The position numbers were made by a program, and so were the translations under genes. Of a DNA stretch of 64,000 nt, positions 7,561-15,620 are shown piece by piece. The stretch lies in IMG/VR virus record IMGVR_UViG_3300033487_000001; one strand, 5' to 3'. The stretch is from an uncultured virus (IMG/VR IMGVR_UViG_3300033487_000001). Lineage: Duplodnaviria; Heunggongvirae; Uroviricota; Caudoviricetes. The notes below the pieces were generated by a model. That model was not told where the DNA came from. It ran no database searches and saw only the letters and a program-made list of their open reading frames with translations. The first letter of the stretch is position 1, and each line of letters opens with the position of its first letter.

Positions 7561-9765
7561 TTACTCCTGATGCAGCAGCGATTGAATCTGAAGGTAGTTT
7601 GCCATACCGATTGCCCGCATGGTCTCCGGCGGCATTTCCGCGAACCTGGCACGTGCGTTCGCCAGCGCACCGGCCACGTACGATGCCGCGGCGGTCCGTT
7701 GCGCCGCGTTCGCCAGGTTGTATTTTTTGTTGGTGACCCAGATCGTGGTCCAGGTAACACGTGATCCGTCATGCTTGCCGAGCAGGCTCACGATCTCTCG
7801 GCCGATCACCGTGTCGACCGCGATCGTTTGCGGCTCGACCGTCACGGCGTCGACCATGCCCATCGACACCCAGATCTCCTTGGCGGTCACGCTGGATCGA
7901 TACGCCGGCGCGGGATTGCGCCGCGGCGCGACCTCGAAGTCTAGGTCCATGTACCGAACGCTCATCGTGACGTGACGCTTCAGTCCGACCGCCGCCAGCT
8001 GCTTGATCGTCGCCGCAGACATGGTCTTGTGATCGCCGTCATACAGAGACAGAGAGCCGCCGTGGCGGTCCATCAGCAGGTGGATCCACGCGCCGGCCTC
8101 GACCGCCGCGTTGATCGCCATGTACTGCGAGATGCTGATGCGCGCGCCGGCTTGCATCGCGAACCGCACGCCCTCCATGTCTTCCGTCTGAAACTCCGCT
8201 TCCTCGGTCGGATTGCGGCGCCCGCGCCGGGGGCGCGGGTTGATGCGATACGCGTGCCAGCCCTCGGCGGCATCGCTCTCGACTACGCTAGCGTAATTTC
8301 GCTTCCACGCTCCCACCGCCCCCGCGGTCATGTACGCATCGCTGTCGATCGGCTTTCCGACTAGCCGGCGCAACTCCCCAAGGGTGGCCGTGTATATGCC
8401 GCCTCGCCGTGCCGACTGCGCGACCGCAGAGGCCTTGATCTGTAGCGGATTGGCGCGCTTCCCGGTGTCGCGCGCGGTGCCTGCCGCGAGCGGCGACCCC
8501 GCGGAGCCGACGTACCAAAGCACGTCGTAAAAGTGAGGGTGCTTGCGCCGCTTGATCGTGACGATGTGATCGCGTCCCGCGACCGACACGCGGCCCGTAC
8601 GCCAAGCGCGCCTCGCGCGCCACTCTCGCTGCGCCGGCGTGGCGAGGACCATCGTCGCGAACGCTTCCGGCATCGGGGGTGATGTCTCGATCGACGGGTT
8701 GCGTCGTCTTCCGTAGACCGTCACGTTCGGTCCGTTCAGCTCACGCTCGATACGCGCGTTGGTGTCGGCGTCCACGAGGTCGCCGTGCCCCTCGCGCGGA
8801 TTGATCCGAAACGCTCGCGCGCTGATCTTGCCGGTCTTGACCACCTCGCGAGCGTCGTTGCGCTTCCAGGCGCCGATCGCACCGGCCGTCATGGACACGT
8901 CGCTCTCGATCGGCTTGCCGACCAGCCGCCGCAGCTCTTTCAGGATCAGCGAATACAGGCCGCGGCGGCGATACGACTGCGCGACGGTCGACGACCCGAT
9001 CGCGACCACGCCGTCCGTCGGGCGGCGCTCGATGGCGGTGCCGGCGGCGATGGGCTTGGCGGACGTGCCGACGTACCACAGGATCATGTCGTACCACTCA
9101 CCATCGCGACGCTTCGCCGTCAGGCGCCACTTCTTGCCGTCGATCGTCACCGCGCCGGTACGCCACGCGCGGGCGGCGCGCCAGTCAGGCTGCGTCGGCG
9201 TCTGCAGAAGCATGAGACTGAAGCTTCCGCTCATCTCTTCCTGGGCGACGATGCCTGGGCTGCGCGGATTGGCCCGCGTGTCGCTCGGGTAGTCAGCGAC
9301 GACATACGGATTCCCCATTTCGAGCCTTGGCAGACGCCGTGCGTGCACCCCTGCGAACCAGTCGACGAACGGTCCGATTGCGTCTATGGCCTCGTCGAGG
9401 TCGACCGGCGTAGACTTCATCTTCCCGACCGATGATCGCGCAAACGCTCTCAGCCATGTTACGTCGCCGGCCGCATCGGCGCTGCCAAGCAGCCTGATTA
9501 CGCTGTCGTCGGACCTCACAATTTGCAGTGACGCGCCGGCCGCGTCCGTAACAAACATGACCGCAAGCTGCCTTCCGGTGCGCGGCGACACGACCGTGTA
9601 TTCGACGCTGGCGGGCCAGCGCTCCACGTACAGATGCCTCGCACCGTCCGGGTATTCGACGCTGGCGGGCCAGCGCTCCGCGTCCGGGTTCCGTCGGCGC
9701 GTTTTGGGTCGTTTGTTTCTCACGGGTTTGTTTCTCACGGCATCGCCCTCTTCGCCAGCCACCAC
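7561..9765 (-). CDS. Multidomain polyprotein-like ORF: paralog-family domain, two GNAT domains, two unknown domains
   Basis: YRRRGLYSLILKELRRLVGKPIESD and ARRGGIYTATLGELRRLVGKPIDSD repeats; modules delimited by R-x-N-P. True start may be a GTG near 9738. Confidence 0.8.
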   Translation of the reverse strand: MVAGEEGDAVRNKPVRNKRPKTRRRNPDAERWPASVEYPDGARHLYVERWPASVEYTVVSPRTGRQLAVMFVTDAAGASLQIVRSDDSVIRLLGSADAAGDVTWLRAFARSSVGKMKSTPVDLDEAIDAIGPFVDWFAGVHARRLPRLEMGNPYVVADYPSDTRANPRSPGIVAQEEMSGSFSLMLLQTPTQPDWRAARAWRTGAVTIDGKKWRLTAKRRDGEWYDMILWYVGTSAKPIAAGTAIERRPTDGVVAIGSSTVAQSYRRRGLYSLILKELRRLVGKPIESDVSMTAGAIGAWKRNDAREVVKTGKISARAFRINPREGHGDLVDADTNARIERELNGPNVTVYGRRRNPSIETSPPMPEAFATMVLATPAQREWRARRAWRTGRVSVAGRDHIVTIKRRKHPHFYDVLWYVGSAGSPLAAGTARDTGKRANPLQIKASAVAQSARRGGIYTATLGELRRLVGKPIDSDAYMTAGAVGAWKRNYASVVESDAAEGWHAYRINPRPRRGRRNPTEEAEFQTEDMEGVRFAMQAGARISISQYMAINAAVEAGAWIHLLMDRHGGSLSLYDGDHKTMSAATIKQLAAVGLKRHVTMSVRYMDLDFEVAPRRNPAPAYRSSVTAKEIWVSMGMVDAVTVEPQTIAVDTVIGREIVSLLGKHDGSRVTWTTIWVTNKKYNLANAAQRTAAASYVAGALANARARFAEMPPETMRAIGMANYLQIQSLLHQE
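9598..9679. repeat. 28-bp perfect direct repeat GTATTCGACGCTGGCGGGCCAGCGCTCC (9598-9625, 9652-9679)
   Basis: Read directly; encodes ERWPASVEY twice. Confidence 0.95.
9711..9740. repeat. 15-bp tandem duplication GTTTGTTTCTCACGG x2
   Basis: Read directly; encodes VRNKP-VRNKR. Confidence 0.95.
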
Positions 9766-9962
9766 GCCCCCATCGCCACGACGACGTTGGCCGCGAACTT
9801 CTGTGCATCATCCGGCGGCAGCCGGCCGCAGCGACGGTAGTTCTCCCACAGCTCCAGCGCCACCGTCACGCCCAGCGCGGTCACCAGAGGATAGTCCTTG
9901 GCGCCGGCGAGCGCGCCGCCGACAGCGGAGTACGCGGTGTATCGATCGAGTTCGACGGTCAT
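9735..9962 (-). CDS. Small membrane protein
   Basis: Two to three hydrophobic segments; packed between neighbours. Confidence 0.55.
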   Translation of the reverse strand: MTVELDRYTAYSAVGGALAGAKDYPLVTALGVTVALELWENYRRCGRLPPDDAQKFAANVVVAMGAWWLAKRAMP

Positions 9963-9966
9963 GCGG

Positions 9967-10368
9967 CTACCTGTGGAGATGCGGCGGACGCGGGCTCTTG
10001 CCGCGACCGATCGTCTGGATAAAGTCTTTGTCGTAGCGGATCACGAAGCCGGTGGCGCGCTTCGCGATGCGATCGGCCCGCCGCTCGGCGCCGGGCTCAG
10101 AGACACGGTCGTCGTAGATGTGCCCCAGCTCATGCAACATCAACCCCACGACGTTCTCGTACGGCAGCCGTAGCGCTCGCGCCAGGAGCGTGACTCTGGG
10201 GCGCGTGCCGCCGCAGTCTGCGTAGGCCAGGTCACGCTTGGCGCGATGCCGCGGATCCGTATACCGACGATCGGAGATCACCAGTCGCGGCGCCGGCACG
10301 CGGGGATACAGCGGCGCGAACGCGCCGCGCAGACCCGCGAACAGCTGGCGTGCGTCGCGCTTGTTCAC
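9967..10368 (-). CDS. Small zincin-like metallopeptidase
   Basis: LMLHELGH (HExxH) and downstream ERRAD; GTG 10368 overlaps upstream TGA, SD-like GAGGA. Confidence 0.65.
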   Translation of the reverse strand: MNKRDARQLFAGLRGAFAPLYPRVPAPRLVISDRRYTDPRHRAKRDLAYADCGGTRPRVTLLARALRLPYENVVGLMLHELGHIYDDRVSEPGAERRADRIAKRATGFVIRYDKDFIQTIGRGKSPRPPHLHR

Positions 10369-10943
10369 CGGTACGTCCTCTTTCCAGCGAGCTTGCCGTG
10401 CTCGCGGAACGAATAGTACTTGTCCTGGGCGATGATGATCGAGTCGACCAGCTTGAGCCCGACGCACCCGAGCGCCTTTTCGACGGACGCCGTGAACCGC
10501 TTGTCCTGGATGTCGTGCGTCGTCGAACCCGACGGGTGGTTGTGCACCACGATGGCGCCCGTGGACGGTCCAGCCAGCAGCGGGACCTTCACGATGTGCC
10601 TCGCCTCCTGCGAGACGCCTTTGGTGCCGCCCGTGGCCACTTCTTGGACGCCGTAGACCTTGCCGCCTACGCCGATGGCCAGCACCAGCATCAGCTCTTG
10701 GTCCAGGTCGCCTAGATGCCCGACCAGCTCGGCGACGTCTTTGGCCGAGCGCACGACCGCGAGTTTGCGCGAGTCGTACGTGGACGACCGTACCAACGCG
10801 GTGCGCACGAGCAGCGACTTGTACTTGGCGCTGGGCGTACCGAGTCCTGCATGTCGCTTGGTGAAGCGCGACGGCTTGAACCCGGGGTTGCGGCGTGGCG
10901 CCGCAAGCTCCTCGGGTCTAGCCAAAAACACAACGTCGTCCAT
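10365..10943 (-). CDS. RadC-like JAB/MPN domain protein with N-terminal RRNP tag
   Basis: DQE, IVVHNHPSG, LVDSIII; the usual PSxxD is HDxxD. Confidence 0.85.
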   Translation of the reverse strand: MDDVVFLARPEELAAPRRNPGFKPSRFTKRHAGLGTPSAKYKSLLVRTALVRSSTYDSRKLAVVRSAKDVAELVGHLGDLDQELMLVLAIGVGGKVYGVQEVATGGTKGVSQEARHIVKVPLLAGPSTGAIVVHNHPSGSTTHDIQDKRFTASVEKALGCVGLKLVDSIIIAQDKYYSFREHGKLAGKRTYR

Positions 10944-10984
10944 CGGACGATTCTAGCACGCTTGTGCGTTCGGCTGCGCCGGCG

Positions 10985-11266
10985 CTACGTCGGGATGTGG
11001 TGTAGGAATTCGCCGAAAATACGCTGACAGTCAGCGGCGTAGGCGATGGTGTCGAGAATGTGCAGGTGCCATAGCTCGTCAGCGTCCGCGAGCGGCTGCG
11101 GCGGGGGCTGGCCTGCGGCGCATAGCGCGAGGAACCGGCGGTACTGTGACTCGGCGGCCGAGGCTCTGGTCGCGGTCCATCGAAACGATCCGGTGGGGTC
11201 CGTCAGCTTGCGCGTGAACCGACGTAGGTCGGTCTCGGCTATGGCTCGCTGCGCGTCGCGGGACAT
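10985..11266 (-). CDS. GRDP-like (DUF1399-type) protein
   Basis: QYRRFL...DELWHLHILDTxxYxxDCxxIFGxFLHHxP; ATG 11266 lies 6 nt after TGG-TACGAT. Confidence 0.7.
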   Translation of the reverse strand: MSRDAQRAIAETDLRRFTRKLTDPTGSFRWTATRASAAESQYRRFLALCAAGQPPPQPLADADELWHLHILDTIAYAADCQRIFGEFLHHIPT

Positions 11267-11733
11267 GGCGCTATCGTACCACGCCGGCGCGTGACGAAAC
11301 GCCACACCGATGGCGGCGTGCTTCGGTGGATGCCGAGGCACTCCTGCTCGGCTTGCTCCTCGCGGGTGAAACCGAAGATGTTGGTCTGCGGCAGCGCCAT
11401 CCTACGGTGTCGCTCTGCGTCGCGACGAGCCTCGTTGCGCACGCACTCTTCGTTGCAATACGGGACGCCGCATATCCACAGGCCGTCGCCGTAGACCGGC
11501 GTCTCGCATTCTGCGCAGCCGAATGACCAGCCGTACGACTGCGAGAGCTCTTTGCGGGTGTACGGGCCACCGTCCAGATGCGGGGCGCGACGCACCGACT
11601 CGATATCCTCCCACGAGACATCCAGTACGCCGCACGCGTCGCGGCGTGCGGCGTTGTGGCTGTAGGCCCAGACCGCGAGACGGCAGTCGTACGTCTGGAC
11701 GACGTAGGCCTTGAGTCTACACGGGGTCGTCAT
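11239..11733 (-). CDS. Hypothetical Cys-rich phage protein
   Basis: VRRAPHLD, GWSFGCAEC, CxxxC; in operon. Confidence 0.6.
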   Translation of the reverse strand: MTTPCRLKAYVVQTYDCRLAVWAYSHNAARRDACGVLDVSWEDIESVRRAPHLDGGPYTRKELSQSYGWSFGCAECETPVYGDGLWICGVPYCNEECVRNEARRDAERHRRMALPQTNIFGFTREEQAEQECLGIHRSTPPSVWRFVTRRRGTIAPCPATRSEP

Positions 11734-11990
11734 CGCGTATCCTCGCGTGAGTACCCGAACGATTCGATCAGATCGAAGATCGCACGGTCTCCCGGTTCAG
11801 TGCGCCGAACGATGTCGCTGTGTTTGGGGTGGCACTCCAGTAGCCCACGAGATACCAGGAGCGATGCCGCGTCGTTCTCTTTTCTGCCGATAGCCCTGTA
11901 CGAGCGACTGGACGCGAGCAGCAGCACGCCCACCTCGGTCGCATTCATGTCAAGGAGCGCTTCCCACGCAATATCCTTTTTCTTTGCCAC
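11730..11990 (-). CDS. Hypothetical protein
   Basis: Overlaps both neighbours in operon fashion. Confidence 0.5.
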   Translation of the reverse strand: MAKKKDIAWEALLDMNATEVGVLLLASSRSYRAIGRKENDAASLLVSRGLLECHPKHSDIVRRTEPGDRAIFDLIESFGYSREDTR

Positions 11991-11991
11991 G

Positions 11992-12486
11992 TTACTTCTC
12001 CTCGCCGTCGCGAAACATGCTGCGGCGCTTGGTCCAGTACTCTTCGCACTCGTCGTCGCTCAACTGCGTGGCCGTGGCCTGGATCCTGACGAAATATACA
12101 GGCGGATACTTTCGTCCGGTCTCGCGCTGATATTGATTCCGGATGTCCGCGAACTTGCCATGGATCATCAGGTCCACTTCGTCGGGCTCCGGCTGGCCGT
12201 TCGGCGGCGCGTATTCGAACGCGTTCGCCACCCGCGTCTCCAGCGGCGTCGCGCCGGCGTGCGCCATGATTTGCGCCAAGCTCATAGTGATGGCGTCGAC
12301 CTCCAGATGATCACCGTCGTGCGACCATGCACAGAATCCGCGCCCAGACACCTCGTAGGTGGGAGTGGCGGTGCATGTGTCACACGGCTTGCCGTATCCA
12401 TGCGGCGACAGATCCGGTGGCGTGCATGCGTGCAGCTCGCACGGATAGCACACGGAGCACCCGGGACACATGTGCGTGTGCATCAT
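11992..12486 (-). CDS. Hypothetical protein with N-terminal Cys/His cluster
   Basis: Start moved to MMHTHMCPGC, overlapping the upstream stop. Confidence 0.55.
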   Translation of the reverse strand: MMHTHMCPGCSVCYPCELHACTPPDLSPHGYGKPCDTCTATPTYEVSGRGFCAWSHDGDHLEVDAITMSLAQIMAHAGATPLETRVANAFEYAPPNGQPEPDEVDLMIHGKFADIRNQYQRETGRKYPPVYFVRIQATATQLSDDECEEYWTKRRSMFRDGEEK

Positions 12487-12656
12487 CGCTCGCTCTCCCA
12501 CGGAGGCACCTCGACCACTCGCGCGCCGCACCACAGCGCGCACGCGTGGTGGTCGGCCGCTCGCCGCGACTCGAATTGGTACACCGTACGCCATCCCGAG
12601 CGGAGCGACGCGTTCTGGACCTGCACTGCCCATCTCGGGCGACTCGCGACGTACAT
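12483..12656 (-). CDS. Small hypothetical protein (57 aa, not in ORF track)
   Basis: AGGAG SD then ATG 12656 (MYVASRPRW...); TGA overlaps next start. Confidence 0.45.
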   Translation of the reverse strand: MYVASRPRWAVQVQNASLRSGWRTVYQFESRRAADHHACALWCGARVVEVPPWESER

Positions 12657-12680
12657 AGTAGCGCTCCTTCTCGTGCGTTT

Positions 12681-12956
12681 TTAACGGTGCCGCGCGTCGT
12701 CCTGCGACGACAGCGACAGCTCGATGGCCTCCAGCTGGTTCAGCACCTCTCGCAGGGCTTCAAGCCGCTGCTGGTCTTCCGCCTTGGCCTTCTCGTAGAG
12801 GCCGTCGACGGTGTAGTAGTCGCGCGGGTGCGGGCACGGCATCGCCTTGATAGCGGCGCGCAGCGCCTCGCTAGCCTCTTCGTACTGCCGGCCAAGGTGG
12901 GCGTATCCGGAGCCGTTCAGCGTGAGAATCGGCGAGGTAGCCTTTGTTGTCGTCAT
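12681..12956 (-). CDS. Hypothetical protein
   Basis: AGGAG SD; LNGSG and PHPRDYY motifs. Confidence 0.7.
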   Translation of the reverse strand: MTTTKATSPILTLNGSGYAHLGRQYEEASEALRAAIKAMPCPHPRDYYTVDGLYEKAKAEDQQRLEALREVLNQLEAIELSLSSQDDARHR

Positions 12957-12976
12957 GGTTTATCTCCTGTTTGTTT

Positions 12977-13489
12977 TCAGGCGCCAAGCGCCTTCGCGAC
13001 CTTGGTTTTGCCGGCGGCGCCGCTGTTGCGCATCATCCACTCGGCCCAATCGAGCAGCGTGCGCCCCTGCGTGGCCTGCCACGCCAGCGGGTGCGGCTTC
13101 GTCGCCAGCTCGGCGCGCACCTGCGGATCCGCGAGCTTCGCCTTCGCAGCGGCGATGAGCGCATCTTCGCGAGCGTGCCGCTTGGCGTTGGCGATCTTGC
13201 GGACCGCTTCGTTGACCACGCGGCGCAGGCCGGCGTCGTCGGTCTTCTCGACGCAATCGCAGCCGACCTTGAACTCCCGTCCGTCGGACGAGCCGATCCG
13301 GAACACACCCATGATCGCGGTGCCGCAGTAGTCGCAGCACGAGCCAGGTTGGATCGGCGCGCCGGGGGCCGCTTGGTACTTCGACTCGTGGTACCCGAGA
13401 AAGCGGAACGGCGCCTTGCCGAGCCCCGCCTGCTCGAACGCGTGAACGACGGTGCCGGGGACGCGCGTGCTGTCGTGGATGTGGCGCAT
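12977..13489 (-). CDS. Hypothetical Zn-binding phage protein
   Basis: HxFExAGLGKAPF, CDYCG, FKVGCDCVEK; GGAG SD. Confidence 0.75.
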   Translation of the reverse strand: MRHIHDSTRVPGTVVHAFEQAGLGKAPFRFLGYHESKYQAAPGAPIQPGSCCDYCGTAIMGVFRIGSSDGREFKVGCDCVEKTDDAGLRRVVNEAVRKIANAKRHAREDALIAAAKAKLADPQVRAELATKPHPLAWQATQGRTLLDWAEWMMRNSGAAGKTKVAKALGA

Positions 13490-13558
13490 GGTGTAACTCC
13501 TGGGAGCCGGCAGGTTCGCCGTCGCTTCCCGGGGAGTTGTACGGGGGATGGGCGTGGA

Positions 13559-13777
13559 TTATTCTGCGAGACCTGCGTTTTTCATAAGACCTGGAATACG
13601 ATCGAATTTTCTCCTAGTCAGGCACTTGTCACAGATCCATCCGTCGGCTTCCTGCCGCCACCCGGTGGCCTGCAGGAGTCGCTTTGCCTCGGCAAGGGTC
13701 TCCGGTGTTTTGAGGAGCTGGTCTTTGATACACCGGTGACAGGTGACGGCGTAAGTGCGAAAGATGAGTGTTTTCAA
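13559..13777 (-). CDS. Small Zn-finger protein
   Basis: CHRC...GW...WICDKC; AGGAGG SD before TTG. Confidence 0.6.
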   Translation of the reverse strand: MKTLIFRTYAVTCHRCIKDQLLKTPETLAEAKRLLQATGWRQEADGWICDKCLTRRKFDRIPGLMKNAGLAE

Positions 13778-13799
13778 CTAGATGCCTCCTTGTGCGGCC

Positions 13800-14075
13800 T
13801 GTTCTGGCTGTGACCCGTGTGGTTATGTACACACATGGATTACATGTAGGATAATGGAATACATTGAAACCATTGGGTTTTTTGCCGTATGGCGCTTTCT
13901 GCAGCGTAGTTCCGTTCGGCTGCCGCGGCAAGCGCAAGGAGGCCTCACTGGGTGCAAATCCAATAAAATCAACTAGTTATAAAAATTATTAGGCACAGCG
14001 AATATACCGCCCGTGCCTCCGTATAACCCACTGACGGCGCAGGCAGCCAAGCCGAGCGCGCGCGTCCGGAGGACT
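13800..14075. promoter_or_regulatory. AT-rich divergent control region (promoters, possible origin)
   Basis: AATAAAATCAACTAGTTATAAAAATTATTAG in a GC-rich background, between divergent genes. Confidence 0.6.
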
Positions 14076-14077
14076 AC

Positions 14078-15502
14078 ATGAGCCGCAGCTGGAGCCAGTA
14101 TCAGGTCGCCCTCTTCAATGACTTCGCCACGAACCGTGGACACACGGTTGTCGAGGCGGTTGCCGGGTCTGGCAAGACCTCCTCGTTGATCGAGGGGATG
14201 AAGCACGTGCCCGCAGGCAAGCGGGTCGTCATGATCGCCTTCAACCGGTCGACCGCCAGCGAGCTCAAAGCACGCGTGCCCGCCGGTGTTGACGCCAAGA
14301 CGTCGCACGGCTTGGGATATGGCGCCGTACTGTGGGCGTTCCGGTCGCAGTTTCCGCAGATCACCGTCGACGACAAGAAGGAGTACAAGCTTGCCAAGCA
14401 GATGTTCTCCGACTGGTCCTCGGTCGACATCGACGCGCTGCTGAAGCTGACCGCGCTGGCCAAGGCGTGGGTCGCCCGGAGCGAGCGCGAACTGACCGAC
14501 ATCTGCGTCGAGTACGACCTTCCCTCTGGGTTGGTTCGTTTCGCGCGTGACCTGCTCGCCGAATGCGCGAAGCCGTCGGCGACCCTGTCGTTCGACGATA
14601 TGGTCTGGCTGCCGGTGGTCCTGAACCTGCGCCCCAAGCAGTACGACGTGGTCGTGGTCGACGAGGCTCAGGATCTGAGCCGGGCGCAGGTCATGCTCGC
14701 GAAAATGGCCGTGAAGCGCGGCGGGCGCATCGTGGCGGTCGGCGACCCCAAGCAGGCTATCTACGGGTTTCGTGGCGCAGATTCGCGTTCGATGCCGAAC
14801 ATGACCAAGGACCTCCGCGCCACTGTTCTTCCGCTAAGCGTCACGTACCGTTGCCCCGTGGCGGTCGTGGACCACGTGAAGCATCTGGTCCCGCAGCTGG
14901 AAGCCGCTCCGGGCGCGGCAGAAGGCGTCGTGAACGCCGACGTGGCCACGTCGACGATGACCGCCAAGTGGGCGCCGGGAGACTTCGTGCTCTCGCGCGT
15001 GAACGCGCCGCTCGTGCGCCTGTGTCTCGCCGCGCTGCGCGGCGGCATTCCCGCCTACGTGCTCGGGCGCGATATCGGCGCAGGACTGCGCGCGCTGGTC
15101 AACAAGTGCGCCCGTGGGGAGTCGGTGCCGGACATGCTCGCCGGCCTCCGCCGGTGGCGCGACGACGAAGAGCAGCGCCTGGTCGCGGCCGACCAGTCGA
15201 AGAAGATCGACGCGATGATGGACCGCTTCGATACGATCGTCGCGCTGTCCGAGGACATGCGCTCCGTGAGCGAGCTGCTCGCGCGGCTCGACTCGCTGTT
15301 CGCGGACGACGCCCGAGGCAAGCGGCTGATGTTTTCGTCCACCCACAAGGCCAAGGGGCTCGAAGCGCACCGCGTGTGGCTGCTCGCGCCGACGTACCGC
15401 GAGGGGCTGTCCGAAGAAGAAGACAACCTCTACTACGTCGCCGCCACTCGTGCACAGCACGAACTAAATCTCGTGGACTACGACCCCAAGCGGGACATGT
15501 AA
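14078..15502 (+). CDS. Superfamily 1 (UvrD/Rep-like) helicase
   Basis: AVAGSGKT, AFN, VDEAQD, VGDPKQAIYGFRGA, TYRCP, STHKAKGLE, YVAATRA; GGAGG SD. Confidence 0.95.
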   Translation: MSRSWSQYQVALFNDFATNRGHTVVEAVAGSGKTSSLIEGMKHVPAGKRVVMIAFNRSTASELKARVPAGVDAKTSHGLGYGAVLWAFRSQFPQITVDDKKEYKLAKQMFSDWSSVDIDALLKLTALAKAWVARSERELTDICVEYDLPSGLVRFARDLLAECAKPSATLSFDDMVWLPVVLNLRPKQYDVVVVDEAQDLSRAQVMLAKMAVKRGGRIVAVGDPKQAIYGFRGADSRSMPNMTKDLRATVLPLSVTYRCPVAVVDHVKHLVPQLEAAPGAAEGVVNADVATSTMTAKWAPGDFVLSRVNAPLVRLCLAALRGGIPAYVLGRDIGAGLRALVNKCARGESVPDMLAGLRRWRDDEEQRLVAADQSKKIDAMMDRFDTIVALSEDMRSVSELLARLDSLFADDARGKRLMFSSTHKAKGLEAHRVWLLAPTYREGLSEEEDNLYYVAATRAQHELNLVDYDPKRDM

Positions 15503-15510
15503 TACGACCG

Positions 15511-15548
15511 GCGGCGCGCGGGTTCAGGCTCGCGCGCCGCGTCTTTCT
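15511..15548 (+). terminator. Intrinsic terminator-like hairpin after helicase
   Basis: GCGGCGCGCG / CGCGCGCCGC 10-bp stem followed by GTCTTTCT. Confidence 0.65.
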
Positions 15549-15620
15549 GGACCAATAGCTCAGCGGTGGAGCAGGCGGCTTATAACCGCCCGGCCGCGGG
15601 TTCGAATCCCGCTTGGTCCA
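15549..15620 (+). tRNA. tRNA-Ile (anticodon TAT/UAU)
   Basis: Acceptor GGACCAA/TTGGTCC, D-stem GCTC/GAGC, anticodon stem GGCGG/CCGCC with loop CT-TAT-AA, T-arm GCGGG-TTCGAAT-CCCGC. Confidence 0.92.

Noticed and set aside
9598..9679. Two 28-bp repeats with a 26-bp gap as a mini-CRISPR
   Set aside because: Only two copies, in frame inside a coding region, not palindromic, no cas genes.
15549..15620. tRNA as an attachment site
   Set aside because: No duplicate of its 3' end and no integrase seen in the window.
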